A DNA stretch of 64,000 nucleotides from Amoebophrya sp. A120 (taxonomy: Eukaryota; Protista; Dinoflagellata). A model generated the notes under the pieces. That model did no database searches. It saw only the letters and a list, made by a program, of their open reading frames with translations, and had not been told where the DNA came from. Within the stretch, counting starts at the first letter, position 1, and the number at the start of each line of letters is the position of its first letter. Location: positions 3,777,600 to 3,841,599 of the forward strand of contig CAJINV010000003.1 of assembly GCA_905178155.1 (NCBI GenBank), read 5' to 3'. The position numbers and the translations under genes were made by a program. This document shows positions 23,401 through 35,263 of the stretch, piece by piece.

Positions 23401-24157
23401 GTTCGACGTGATGCCGGCGATCAAGGTGATTGTTCCGCTTTCGTGGCTCGAGGACGCGCGCAAGGAGAGCTCGGCCACGCTCAACGTCTGGATGTGGCTG
23501 CTCGTGGTGCCCGCGATCACCATGATCTCGGTGTCCCTGGGCTTCATCTTCCTGTGTCCCTCCGTACTGCAGGATTCCGACCTGCAACACCGGCACCTGC
23601 AAATGGCGCAACAGCTGGAAATGCGGGATCGGGGCGGGACGACCGCGGCGGGCGTCGGGGGCCCCGTAAGTGTCAATCGGAGCATAATTGTGCTGCGGGA
23701 AAGCAGTCGTGAGGGAGCGGGTCTGGATAATTCCAGGGCGCACGAGAGCACCCGCGGTGGCGCGGGCTCACGAGTACAGAAGGGGAGCAAGACAAGCGCG
23801 GAGAGGGATTCTGACGCGCGCAGAACGTCCTTGGTCAGGGGTCCAACCGGCGTAGAAGACCTGACTGCAAGAAGCGCAGCCGTTAGAACAACTACTGTGC
23901 AAGGGCGTCCTTCTTTACGGACGGAAGAAAATAACGCGGGGATCGTTGCGACGTCAAGTGGTGATCTGGGGAAACAACTTGTCAATACAGAGACCACGGC
24001 GGAGCCACGTGCAGCAAAGGCTAGGGCGTCCGTATTTTCGGACATATTGAATGGAAGGCACGACGAGCAAATATCCGATGAGGAAAAAGCTAGGCGAAGA
24101 GACAAGGCAAAGTTAGACAAATATTCCGCTGCAAAACAGCGGGAAAGCGATTTGTAG
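17408..24157 (+). CDS. Large type I membrane protein with signal peptide and PAN/Apple-like Cys modules (putative adhesin)
   Basis: Single ORF (track starts at 17273); hydrophobic N-terminus; CxxxC-type motifs (CESWC..CAAF, CLELCTANHACRGIAF, CANECRARSCSFY); TM segment VWMWLLVVPAITMISVSLGFIFL. Confidence 0.7.
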   Translation: MRCGRSLLVAVCLGVFVPAVVVRTAEVLAQASSSTQRSTATTRARRRLTRRDHHAPVFQSLRGTFLDKRRRKVNRFLRRAAVVDDKYNRIELLGASNDDDRIKSTSEAELAAAAAPGAPAGQGSSKTSAVLTTLPPFSMETKLAREAMIQDFLRKEFAPEATFKPEVVTRAEPGSYPINYCSALPLLAENTAASSAVDNAKNGSAVATPSAFGQQLCSCGGYVVSTTTSSLGNKENNGTAASHTMITLNLAQEWGGATEDHDVDLYSPSEEKTHSLVRLKNSIRPRNLGNPLTDSVQLQYCCASRYIVFAVKSSQGVPGVSPATRWSYIDVEDYRRREIDGEPRACTVCDKLQMRTASFSHTGYFRREPYLAIPEAAKANSNGRNDVALTAFRYALRADRALLEEMSKRFSETGNGNATTPTTPAAASQTVTNACLRQVRRGQWRLRAYKVATEDGLKDFVWDSPNVESGRDPLREGDNVVEPRRHLPLGWSAWKRTVVESGEQEDPLCELGPLPQEVITSINSTNQSQQFFSQESSGAFLQERDESNITAGGVPPGAEKNSSNATNETSATTFAPGLVKDTIGGSGENKTPTMHPGLAFDMTGTTTAPPGASEGTTTAPPEVTPAALPVEEQVIPDEKLEGLALTCLSSQHVELSPGRSDSCFQTAMGYAFPPAVLAEVPHVMLQRVPPVQCESWCYRLGRENCAAFQAMRIEPLRGTPVWACTLLKQKPEVQPTTLAVGPQVFEVLDSEASDQDKVQQADLLQRNPTALIGVRCRDPSIQKLDPQTGEKLGTITGLMPRGYAVSAAADAYSLKPVDGPVCSLKSVKEFRGPTRESCLELCTANHACRGIAFRQGVKSVASEAAPERLADSLCVLLHSDTEVLLDVEAAAQIQADGSFCLTIGPEMAALGGGVWLKGHREACGVKENSEVPMDISSAQAGIGGIARTSSALSGYLPTVGLPIGPMELTDANAPVLNRQWLHNEFAIRVRASRVVVDAVRGEPVNEDSDELVQVDPGAACANECRARSCSFYMLRALPGELRTDRSSFRFQESGRLRRQSSDEKTGSSSTADGTTGASGSSFLDVQRGREPQSPQLAELMEQLKSSTAASLGLGPEAAGESEAVLSTREMQKWREDYVYCSLWTDEADVKKYDVERVLGAISLRIWAPWLPDTSLCLNPAVTPIERRPPLLVESALARAPIRFGQRGQVLEEGVEEASMDPLLSLPVRRLSPLQRTGARPSPPPPSVGGRGILGKNATTVLSGQAGGASQKLSRQDEDNMRLNMQEEPKMLADLRREQQETPFQPGASALEVAARRRSSPSSQDLPRAVPPGQQKSLDMLADFREYRWYADSVLKNICSAEADATSPLANDWRSKLGIQVALPGPAVPEWERSLRVLDPKCNSWLEKDGASSDGRYAPSQCVVGLPVPKPGDAAQRPDFPPLIPETDSRGRAKEPGYVSCTPAKGYDAEDYRLWYPTVFPAEHVPREKQSTYNHDEGFVTKAVFPLIEQAIEYRPDDFPAFWHYHRVAEGFAGTKRPITWLFAQENDVNPARRLLVMHKRWQRPSGDGGLPWTPDPALGDPLEASLGKTRAELVQDLGAKLQTRELQEPVEVTDAMLPRQVQDGALWDLMVFAYPLGLSEDDFSPAAAEMSQSKYVDHMVHVYSMEGPVILNLTQELLVDPLPYDGGPAVGGWGSAYYAFSDDDWVRKEAYRSLVLEVLPLVYELPSLLRSVEDISSGVSTFRTTLMMQASRRPPLGAGRGGSSPSASATEDAAAAVAAPAAATSEQSVPVTRDDAFQTADEEDPEGALDLSLSVSREDAVLAGEARVPKNITSKTTTTSSVVVPEKIIVGGETLDAGEVYFAESTAEDLHSSTATPVFDSQDVQDQHPPSGPSAADAGSPRFSASIQHVVTTTSATTAAPPVDSRWFDETTEAYAVEYEKLQLYYLRLLEARNENIRRFAAAEGFRGGQLTPIRAQLVQVIDADRAMVQVPLAKNAQFDVMPAIKVIVPLSWLEDARKESSATLNVWMWLLVVPAITMISVSLGFIFLCPSVLQDSDLQHRHLQMAQQLEMRDRGGTTAAGVGGPVSVNRSIIVLRESSREGAGLDNSRAHESTRGGAGSRVQKGSKTSAERDSDARRTSLVRGPTGVEDLTARSAAVRTTTVQGRPSLRTEENNAGIVATSSGDLGKQLVNTETTAEPRAAKARASVFSDILNGRHDEQISDEEKARRRDKAKLDKYSAAKQRESDL

Positions 24158-24733
24158 AATCAGTTTTTCTCATTGGATATTCTTTCTTGAATAATTTTTT
24201 TCTTCTTTCTTTGGCGGAGAACTTTCGCCTATACCATGTTTTTTTACCATTATTTCAATCGTGTATGATTTTGAACCAGAAAATTAACATTGGAACTACA
24301 GTTACCCCTTCTTGTAGCTTCATCGGCATGATGGGGACCGTGTTGCAGGAGAAGTCAGATTAACTGCTACGACTTATGAATGCAGCTATCCACGGTTTTT
24401 GTTGGTTGTGCAGGGCCATCGTGCTTTGCCTTATTTTGGCCGTGATGTTCATGAGAGAGAAAGAGAGACTTCTTTTTTGCGACTTCACACGAGAGTTCTT
24501 CCCCACGCAGTTGAGCAGCGTTTTCTGTTTCATACGTCCATGACTATGTATGGCTTGGAGACTGTTTTTCCTTACGGTACTAACTGTTTCGTACTACAAT
24601 CTAAACTGAATCGATCACAGCTTCAGCATTTTGTTTGAAACCAGATTGGTTTTCAGATAAACACCATCGTCTCGGTGCCTTTTGTTCGTTCTCAAGAATA
24701 CAGATTTATTTCAAAGAACTCGTTACGTCAAAG

Positions 24734-26018
24734 ATGATGCACGAGTCACCGGTCGCAGGGCACCAGCATGCCCCGGTTTTGGGGAAAGCCGCCAATGCCA
24801 ACTCCATTGTTGACAGAAGTGACCCGCACACTGTTTCCACTCGTTCCGCGGCCAATGTGAAAGAAAATTACGTAGACCAGGATCGTCCGCGGCGCTCGCG
24901 GGACCAGTTGTGTTTCGGATGCGTGCCATTGCCACTAGCGTGCTTTCTGCACACGGTGTTGCTCCTCCTGGTGGACATCGTGTTTTTTTTGCTCGGGTTT
25001 CACGGGACGATGGGCTTCGGTACAACAAGTCGCGGAGGTGTCGCGGGCGCGACTGCAACAGCCTCCGGAACGACGACCGCAGGCGTCGCACACCAAACGT
25101 CGGTGTATCTGCAGCTGCTGGTTTCATGCAGTTTCTCTGCGACCGGAAGTTGGGGCATCTACGCCGGAAAAAAGCAGCCGTACCTGGCCTTCGTGTTGTC
25201 TCTCGTGTTTTACCACTGGCCCGCGAAAGTTTTGCGCTTATGCGCCGCCTGCGAACTTCTTTCTGTCGCAGAAGGGGCGTCGTCTTTGTTTAACGTGGTG
25301 CCGGCGTCAACCCGAGCAGGTAGTATTTTTGCACGAGCAGTCGAAATAGTAGTCGATCCGAAATGTTGAAGGGATAGAGTTTTTCGCTGCTGTTGCACCT
25401 CAGACAAACATACGTTTTTCATCTCACCACTGAATGCTGGGAACATCTTCAGGAGCCGTGGGATTTCTGCTGGACGTTGGTGCCGCGGTTTCTGAGTTTT
25501 GTCTCGCCACTTACTTGCTCCTGGTTCATCACCGTTACATTTCGTACACAGCATCAGCATCAGGCGCGTCGTGCAAGAACAGGTCCAAGCCGGAAGAAGA
25601 TGATCAAGCCGACGAGGATGGCAACGGCTCGGAGGAGCAGAGTCTACTCGATGAAGAGGTGGACACGACTACTTCTAGCGCAAGAAGCGGCCGCCCGTCG
25701 ACGGATGTGGACGAGGAGCAGGAAGTGCGGCTGCTGATGATACCCCCCTCTACTGCTCCGGATGATCTTCCGGAGGGGCAACTGCAGAGCGAGTATGGTG
25801 TGAGACCGGTACAACTAGCAGGTAATAATCGGCGTCTGGATCTGCGCGCGTTTCTCGATGAGCGCCGGTTCTTCGGGTTCGATCAGGACCTGGTCCCGTA
25901 CGCAACTTTGACGGGCGAGGAATCCTTTTCCTTCTACGATCTATCCCGACTAAACCTCTCTGTCGAGTACATTCCGGAGGAGGAAGACCCCCACGATTTA
26001 CGCAGTCGAAGATCTTAA
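24734..26018 (+). CDS. Multi-pass membrane protein, paralog 1 (intron ~25360-25433, boundaries unresolved)
   Basis: LCFGCVPLPLACFLH motif shared with the 27161 gene; several hydrophobic segments. Confidence 0.6.
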
Positions 26019-27160
26019 TCACACTAGGTACTTGATGTGCAGCCTGCTAAGTGGTTTTTCAAGGCGGTAGGCCAAGTTTCATCTTCGCTCTCATGAGGAA
26101 TGAAACAGACATGATTTTTTGCAGTCTGGTTACAATGACTTGAGAAGTGTGAGATGAAACTGCGGGCACTGGCCCGCTAGAAATAAAAACAACTGCTTGT
26201 CCAAAGTGCATGGCAGGAAGTGTGTGATTCTTGTTTTTCATCTTCATACACATTGAGCGACTTTCTTGCCGCTACGTTTCTCGGTGGATTAGAAGAGACG
26301 CCTATGCCGTCCCGCGCGTCGCCAACCTCTTCACCAAGAGGAGGGAGTACAATCGCGGTGGTGGAGCGCTGACATGTCCAGGCGGAGTCGCAGCGTTCTT
26401 CCGGCGCGATAGACAGAGCATTGCGACTTCCGGCTGTGGTTTTCAGTTGTCCGTGCGGCAAGTGATAATGACATGCGTCATCTTTGAATTTCGAGTTCGA
26501 TTTTGCTACAGTACAATAGAACCACGCGAAAAATTATAGAGCCACGCAGTCGTCTAGCGACAGAATGTCATATCGAGCCTATATTTCTTTCACATGCGCA
26601 TAACTGGGACTCGAAGCAGCCCGGAGCGCCATAATTCATACGAAATACTTCTTCCAAAACAGAACGGAAGCGACATGAAAAATAGACCACCATGAAAGAA
26701 CACACAGAAAGAACCCCAGCAGAAAGAGGCTTCCTCGTCAGGACGATTCAAGAGGCAGGCGAGTCTCTCAAATCGACTCTACGGCACGTCGTCGGCGCAC
26801 GGTCGCAACGAGGAGCCGTGGCGCAAACGTGTTGAAGACGATGCGCACAAGAATTTCGTTTTGGCGTTGCTGGACAACGCGAAGAGACGAGATTTTATTG
26901 CGGGATTCTCTAGAGGAAGAGTTTTTGTTTTTTGACTGTGGACGAGAGAAGCACGGTGCGTAATTCCAATTACGACAGCATGTCGTGTAAAAAGCACCCC
27001 ACGAGGCCGGAAAGCGGAGCATGTGGTGTATAGAAGATACAACTAGAAAATAGAATCGTTTCACATCACCCGAGAATACAGATTTTTTCGACGTTTTAAA
27101 ACGTCCGTGGTCCGCCACCCGTTCTAGGGAAGTAGCCGCTAGTTTCCGCGGCACGTCGCC

Positions 27161-28455
27161 ATGTTGCTCGACGACGAGAACCCCCCGGTGCACGATTTTT
27201 TTGACCACAACTACCAACGGCACGGATTTGATCCCGAGAAGCCCTTCGCTTTCTTCGGGGACACTTTTCCGCGCCCGTTCGAGGACTACTTGTGCTTCCA
27301 CTGTCTTCCGGTACCGCTGGCCTGCTTTCTGCACTGCTTGTTGCTGCTGTTTCTGGGGGCGGTGGAACTGGAATACCCGGGTTGGGTCCTGGGTGGCTAC
27401 ACCGCCTACGCACGGAGCCTCAGCAACATCGGGGGCGTCCTCCTCGGCTTCGTGCTGGCGGTCGTCGCCGGCGTCTCCATCTACGCCGGCCACGGCACCC
27501 CGAAAGAGATCTGCTACGCGTTTCTGTTCCGACTGGCCGTCCCGGTACTGGTTTTGGTCTTCGGTGATTTCTGACAAGATGGCAGATAAGTTTTGAAGTC
27601 TACCTGGTCCTCGTTTCCTCATGCTTTGAAGTATTTTTGCAGACGCATTGGCATTAGGATTCGCTGTGTCTAAACAGGTCGTGCTGGCGAAGATAATCCT
27701 TTTCGTAGTGACTGTTTTTTCATCTTCACATAAAAGTCTTGACAGTCGAAGAAGGGGAAAAAAAATTTGATTCTATTTCACAATAGTTCACTGTGGTCGC
27801 GCTGGATCTGCACTCGTTGTGGTATTGCGAGGAGTGGTTCACGGACATCCAGAAGGCGGCGGACCGCAACGGGGGGTTTTTCAACGAGGAGATGTACAAT
27901 ATCGCACACGACCAGTTTTGCATTGGGGAGACCGTGAAATTTGCGGTGTTTGCCCCGGCCATTTTACTGCTCCAGTGCTACATGGTGAGTGTGCACTTCC
28001 GGTGCCAGGTTCTGTTCGACCGCGACGAGGAAACCGTGCACAAGTACGAGCGACACGCCGCGGAAGTGTTCGAGGCCCACGACTTGGTGTTGAAGGACGA
28101 GAAGGACCGTCAGCCGTTCCTCTCGCATAAGGGCCAGCCGGCGCGGGAAATGCTAAACTATAAAATCAACTCGCTGTTGCCTTCGAGTAGGCTCCGGAAG
28201 TTGTACGACCTGCCCGAGCCTGTTATCACGGAGGATGGGGAAAGGGTATCCAGTACAGTAAGGGACGAAAAGACCAGAAAGCTAGTCAAGTACGGGGTCG
28301 GCATGCAAGTCAACAGTAAAGACTACCTAGTTAAGTTCGGAAATCGGGACTGGGCGGCAATACCAGAGGAGCACCTCGTAGAGTTTACCACGCTGCGAGA
28401 AGGAGAAGAGGACGCTAGACCAATAAGTTCCGGCGATGCGGGAGCGGTGCGGTGA
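27161..28455 (+). CDS. Multi-pass membrane protein, paralog 2 (GT-AG intron ~27545-27786)
   Basis: YLCFHCLPVPLACFLH, LGGYT and CEEWFTDIQ motifs. Confidence 0.7.
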
Positions 28456-29237
28456 TTTCTATGATAAACTTTTATATACCATAAATGCTTGCGTCTGGTG
28501 CTGATGCTCTACTTCGCACCTGCAGAAATGATACATGGTAACCATGCTCCTGCGCGGATCATTTTTTAGCATCTATGTAGCTAGTCGTTTCATGATTGCT
28601 CAGCAATTTACCCGTGACTCCGTTCCTCTCACATGATGAAACCAGGGCGAGCGTGAAGATCTTGAATATGATCGCTCACACAAAACACTTCAACCAAGTT
28701 GAACATAGTTCCGATAACGAACGAGAAATGGACATGGTACATGATGCTCAGAAACAACACACATGGAGCTGAGTCAATCTTTCACGACCGCGCTTACGCG
28801 CAGCCACGTATGGCACTGTAAACGACCAAAATATATTTTGCGCATTGATTGGTCACGCCTGCGGAGTTGCGCTCTCATGACATTAGCTCCGAAAATTATA
28901 TACGAGACCTCCTTATCCATGCCGTGGCTCCGGAACGATCGCACCCGCTCGCTCAGAACCCGCTAGATGCATAGATCCACCGGCGGCGGGAGTTTTTTTT
29001 AGAGCTCTGACCATTTTCTTTTTAAAAATTTTTCTTGCACAAGACTACTCGAATGCGCAATGCCATATGCATTGACGCCTTGGATTTCTTTACAACAGCA
29101 AGAACGGTCTCGGCTAAGCACGCTCGTGATTTAGTTTTGTGCGAGTTTTCGTTGTGATTTTCTATAATTAAATTGCCCGCCGTGCTCGTTTTGTACATTT
29201 TTGTGACCTAACGACCCTTTTTTTTTCACAACAAATT

Positions 29238-32200
29238 ATGGGGAGAATAAGAATGAGTTACCCGCAGCTTCTGTGCAGCTCAATGCACTGCTTCGCGCTG
29301 ATATTCACGGCAATACTCGCTCGCGCAGTGGGGGGCGTAGATGTCAGCGGCATGCCAGTGCTATCGGCGACGGACCTCTGGAGCTGGCGACTAGGTTGCC
29401 TGGCCACCCACGTCCTGGAAGAGCACCCGGCTCACGGGCCTCGGTACGTCACTGCGGATTACCTGCTGCACCTGATCCAAAGCAGCTCGGACGCCGCCAT
29501 TCAGGCCATCGTGCACCAGGTGCCGATGAGCATCGGCCAATCGGTTCTGCAGCGGCCAGGCTTCCTGCACGGCCCCTTCCTTACGCAGCCGGACGAAGAC
29601 CAACAGGCGCGTATTGGTGCTTTCCGTACGATCGTGTTTTTTTTTGTTTTTTCCAAAAGCAAAAATAAACGCAAGAACGCACAAAAAGTAGATGCGCGTG
29701 AATTATAAGCGGTGCAAAAACTTTAACTTCCTATCCAGATATCGAAATCGAATGCACAGGTCCGCAGATGTCTACCGGTGCAGCGAGTTCTTCTTCTTCC
29801 GCGCGCTCATGGGCACAGCAGCAGCGTCATAGCGTTCACACGTCCTTGTACGGGATTCGCACCAGTGTAGACGACCACCGGAAGCTGTCGTTATGGGAGC
29901 ACCGATTGGTGTGCGCCGCTTGGGTAATACTGCTCCGCAACGGGCCCATCGGGGTCCAGGAAGTGTTCGAGCAGCTGACTGCTTTGAAGACCAGCAAATT
30001 GCGACGGCAAGCGGAACTCGCGGCCATCCAGCGTTTGCACCAACAGGAGAGGGAGTTTGATCACCGCACGCTGCTGTTGCCGACGCACGCAGACCTCCTG
30101 CAGTTGTTCACCGCGGGGCACCGCCGTATCCTCGAGCGCAAGCACGCGTCGCAGCAGCACACTATGCAAGGCCCCGCTACTAGTTCGAACGGCGCAAGAA
30201 CAGCCGAGATGACCACGGGGGAAAGACCTATCGAAACGTCAGATGCAGAAGGGACGGGCGGTAATCGGAAGGTCTCCTTCGCTGGGGACGAGGAACTGGT
30301 GACAACAGTGTCAATTTCCCCGCGAAAGGGCGTGGTCTCCGCCTGCACGGCTTCCGAAGGAGGTGCTTCGAGTAGTACTAGTGCCAGCAGTTTTCTGTGT
30401 AGTGCAGGCGCGGCGACCAGGCGACAGAAGAAGAAAGAAGGAAACCTGTTGAAGAAGCTGTCTACCGATCCGGAGGGCAACAAGGAGTTTGAGCTTCGAC
30501 TGGCCGCAGCCTTCCTGGGCGCGGATCCCCGGTATGCCACGTTTAGCAACCCGGCAAAAGTAGACGACCCACAGCAACAGAACGAGGAGAGAAACCTGAC
30601 GCTGAACAGCACCGAGGAATTCCGAGCGGTGAGGATGAATCTGATGTACCTCGCAGCAAACGAAGTGGAGTTCGGCTCGGTTGCGGCGGACTTTTTTCGG
30701 AACGACGCTGCCACGTTCGGGCGGTGGCTGCTGTCAGGGTTGTCGACCTCGGGTCTGCGGCTTCCTGAGTTGATCCACGTAAGGCACTACGAGGACGAGA
30801 CTACGCGTCCGGGCTGCGTTTACTACCTGGAAGCGCACATTCCATTTCCCGACCAAGTCGCCGGACCAGCAGAACCTTTGTCGTGTTACCAGTCCGAAGA
30901 ACCTGAGGGTGTTCACCGGCACCCGCAGTCGCGAGGAAGCGATACTCGGCGCACTTGGGCGTCCTGCCCATCCGCAGGAGGTACATATGTCAATGGCGTT
31001 TTTTTTTCTGCTGATTTCAACCGCACTGACTTCATGCTGGCTTGAAATTTGCGATATTTTATGTTCGTCTACTTCTATGTAAGATGATGTTTACGATCAA
31101 AATACAACAGTGATCGGGTCGTCTCGTTATCACCCAGCGTTTGATGGGTACGAATACCATCTGCCGTCTAACTTGCTCGCAGATGAAATGGAGACTGGAG
31201 CTCGGAGCCAGCAGCAACAGGAACGACCCGTGTCAGAACCTTCTGGCGAAGAACCGCACGAGCTTTTTTCAGAGGAGGCACGGAAACGAGCGATTGAGTG
31301 TTTGTACATCCGGCCGGCACTGAAAGAAGCGGAGCGCCTAAGCATTCCTCGGAGAAGTGCGTATGCACCGTCCGCACCATGCGGCTCCTATCACAGTGCA
31401 TCTTCAGGTCCTGGCAGTCAGTACCACCCCGGGAGCTACGAGCAAGGACCGCGTGTGAGCGACGCTAGTGGACGAGGTGGTGTTACTTCTGGGCACTATG
31501 TCACCAATTCCGTTCCAAGACACGGCCGGGTTCCGCAAGCGACGTACGCCTGGTCCGACGTGCATACACCGGGTCCGAGGTGGGCGCCGCCAAACAGTGC
31601 GTCCGTTTGGAATGGCGCCTACCCGATGGCACCGGGCCCGATTTCGGGTCCAGGTTTTTTTCCGCCTGATGCTGCGTACTGCCATCCACCGGGGCCGGTG
31701 CCTCCTTACGTGTCTGCCACGGCGTCTCAGAGCGGTCCTACCGCTGTTCCGCATTATTCTCCTCCGCCACCGCCACCCCGGGCTGAGGCACCATCGACAG
31801 CGCAAATTGAGCGGCCGTCGGCTTCTTGCGCACCAGCGGGTGAAGAACTGCCGCTTACCCGGGAAGGCCTCCGCAGACGGGGAAATATGATTTTGTTTGG
31901 GGACGAGAGGAATCCGCGAGGAGGTGCAAGAACCACAGTCAGGAGTAACAGAAAGCAGGGAAAGAACAAAAACCCGCAGCCCGGCCCGGCCAGCGCAATG
32001 CAACGAGGAGCGACTGCTTCTTGGCTGGGCGATGATAGTGCTCGCGGCAACCCACCGGCTCTCTCGCCAGCAGAGTACAACTCCGTGCAGTACACGCACC
32101 ACGGACCGCCTTACCCGCCGCGAGCGGCCTTCGTCGACCGGCAGCATCCGGATCCACGCACCAGCAGTGTTCCTTTTTTCTCGGCCTCTGGTTCTGCAAG

Positions 32201-34430
32201 TTCGGTTTTCGGTTCAGAGCCGCTGCCCTCGCAGACGCAGCTCGCAGAGGTTGAACGGCCCCGAGCGGGCACCGATCATCCGCTAGAACAACGAGCAGTA
32301 GTAGAAACAACGGGTTCCCATTGTACTACCAACCCTGCTCTGGGATTCTCGTCGGAGCAACTGCTTCAGCGGCTTTTGGTGGACAGCGGCCATAGAATGA
32401 GCAGCCGGGGTGATGCCGCAGCCGCAGCGAAGGAGCGACGGGGCGCCTTCGAGATCATGGGGGATCGCGTCCGGGAGATGCTACAAGAGAACGCGAGGAG
32501 TACGAGCGAAACCGCCGAAGCGGTTCACAAGGAACGCGAGCGCGCGCTCGCGGCCGCGAAGGCGATGCTGCAAAAATTCGTGCCGACCATAGCCCCGCGC
32601 ACACACCTGCGCGACGTGGTGATGGCACGAAAAAACAGCGGGGACGTCGTGTTTAGTAGTCCTCGCGAAGGAAGCAGGTCGGCCTCGGCGGGCTCGTCTC
32701 CGCCATCGTCCAACCATTCTTCGCCGATCGTTGGCTCCGCGGCCTCGCCCTGCGCCTCTACTTCGCCGACTGCAAAAAGGCATGTGGTTCGCGTGGTGCA
32801 GTCCTTCGGGAGTCACGTGAACGGACTCGACACCGTGTCTTCCGATTTGGACGTGACTGCAGCCATCGACGTGGTGAATCCGTGCTCCCCAAACAGCCTG
32901 CCGCGGCCGCTGGACTCCGACCAAGCACGGCACCTGCTGTTCTCGATGGTGAGCGAACATAATTTGTTGCCCGGGCACTGGGAAGTGTTGGACGGAATTC
33001 ACGGAGAGTGGAGCCTGCAGGTGGATTGGCATGCCGCGCTGTGGAAAAGTCGCATCCCGGTATTGCAGCTGATTTGGCGTCCTCTGCTGAAGTGGAGGCG
33101 GAAGGGCAATGCAACTTCGACGTCCTCGGTAGTTGCGTCACATGCGCTGTCCTCGTCATCTCAGAACAATAGCACGGCAGATGAGCAGAGCCGCGCCACG
33201 AGGAGAGATGGGGAGATCGAGCCCTATCCTGCAGGCCTCCTTCCGAAGAACTTTTCCAATTCCACCTCTGCAGCCGGTTACCAGAATACAACGAATCCCG
33301 TCGTGGAGAAAGTATCTAGCCCGCCTGCGGCAAACGAAATTCTGCTTGATTTGACTATTGGGAACGAGAACGCCGTAGGAAACACTGAGCTGATCCGGGC
33401 GCAAACGGAAAAAAGCGTTTTAGTCCGCGATTGGCTGTTGGTGGTCAAGCTTGTGCTGAAAAAGGCGAATGTCGTCGGCGCGAAGACGGGCTGGCTTTCG
33501 TCCCACGGGTGGGCGCTGGTGGGTCTGCATTTCTTGCAAATGCTGCACATCGTTCCCATGCTGCCTCCCGAATTGGCACCAGAGCCAATCGTCGTAGTAC
33601 CAGCAGCAGCACCAGAGGGGGGAAGAACAAGAACACGAACAGCGACTACTCTGACCGACGAGAGTTCTGTCGCGGATGAGCCATTCCTGCATTCCGCGGG
33701 CAGCGGCGGCGCGAGCTCGGGAGCGAGCGAATTGGGCTGGGAAATAATCTCTTCGGCGGAAAGCGTGCTTGCTGCGTCGACCGCGGCTAGTACCCCCGCA
33801 GACTCGCCCTTTCTGGCGCCGAGCGCGCCGCCCTCCGAGGCCGGCCACCTCTCGGGGCTCGACGAACACGACGACCGGCCGTGGAGCGTATCGGATGTGA
33901 AGCTCTTTTCCAGGTCTGCCTGGCGCCCGTCCGACGTTCTCAACGACCCCGGGCTCGACCGCATTGCGCCGGCAGCGTTGGCCTCCACGACCGGCTCCGC
34001 GCCGGAGTACTACACTTTCCTCGGGCGGCTGTTCCCGCACTTCATCGACTACCTGCTGCAAAACTGGGATGAGTTCAGCAGTGAAGAAGGGGAGTTCGTG
34101 ATTGCCGTCCGGGCACCGCCACAGCATCAAGGCCATGGGCATGAGACGGCAGAAGAAATTATTGCCAGAGGACGTAGAGCAGGAGGGGACCACAGCTCGG
34201 CAGTGGGATCGTATGCATCACAGATGGCGCTGCAACCGCTTCGCAGGCAGTTTCCACTGTTTCCCCGCTCTTTGCACAGCTTCACCACCGGTTCGAAAAA
34301 ACGAGACGGGCATCTTATACTACGGGATCCAACCGCACAGCACCGTCAGTGGTTGTCGATCCGCTCTGAAAAGACTAAGGACGAGTTTCGAAACTCGGTT
34401 GCGCGGGCAATCAGCTCGCTTTCAAATTAA
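29238..34430 (+). CDS. Cid1/TUTase-family (Pol-beta superfamily) terminal nucleotidyltransferase with long N-terminal extension; introns ~29611-29759 and ~30981-31109
   Basis: FGSHVNGLDTVSSDLDV (GS...DxD), RIPVL, LLDLTIGN (third Asp), GWLSSHGWALVGLHFLQ. Joining of the upstream exons is inferred from GT-AG sites. Confidence 0.75.
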
Positions 34431-35263
34431 GCTTACTTACTACATTCATTATTTCTTCGGTATTAATAGTGCATCACTGCCTCTACTATGTTGACGGACT
34501 TTTACAGGATCTGCTTTCAGAGGATCTTTTCATCGAATGTATTTATTGGCAACAAATAGTGAATGCGTGTGTAGAAAAAAAATAAAGAAAAATTGCAAAA
34601 ACCTGCTAGAAAAAATCTAAATCTAAATACGCAGTGAAGAAATGCGTCCAGAGTGGTAGCCATCACTCGCTCTCTTGACCTTTTGCAAATACGAGAATAC
34701 AGATTTGATTAATATGAAATTCAGGAGTTGTGGCTGTTGTCGCCACTGACTTTTGATAGAAAGTTACTGATTCAAGAGAAAAAACAGATAGTCAAAATAT
34801 CAGCTGCGGTTGTGCCGCCGTAAAGAATGTGAATACTTTGTGTACCACCAGTGGACTGAAAAATAAACAAGAACAGCATCGAAAAATACGAAGTTCGGAA
34901 AGAAGCTATTCGGGATTATAGATTGAGGAAATCAATGCAAGAGATTTTGGCTACAAGCCCGCCAATCCACCGGGTTGAACCGCCTGCCTTTCCCGAGAGC
35001 GTGGTAGATTCAGGGTGGAAGCAAGAACTGAGGGATCGCACAGGCGCGTGGTTGTACTGGAGGGGTTGAGGTTGTGAAAGGAAGTAATCTGTGGGTATCA
35101 GTTTTTCGAGCGAAAATTTTCAAAAGACCTGACCACAAAGAATCACGATTCGGATTCCAAGAGGGCAAATAAAATCACACATCAAGAATATATCTGACCC
35201 GCACCTGAGTAAGCTAAGTGCCTGCATTGACGCGTCTCGGCACTACGCCGACAATAATGCCAG

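Noticed and set aside
23242-24120. Minus-strand ORFs such as this one and 6371-7198, 26768-27622, 39912-40682
   Set aside because: Antisense shadows of GC-rich + strand coding sequence.
34944-34957. ATTTTGGCTACAAG resembling the 3' end of the dinoflagellate spliced leader
   Set aside because: Short, needs an indel and lacks the 5' half; consistent with chance.
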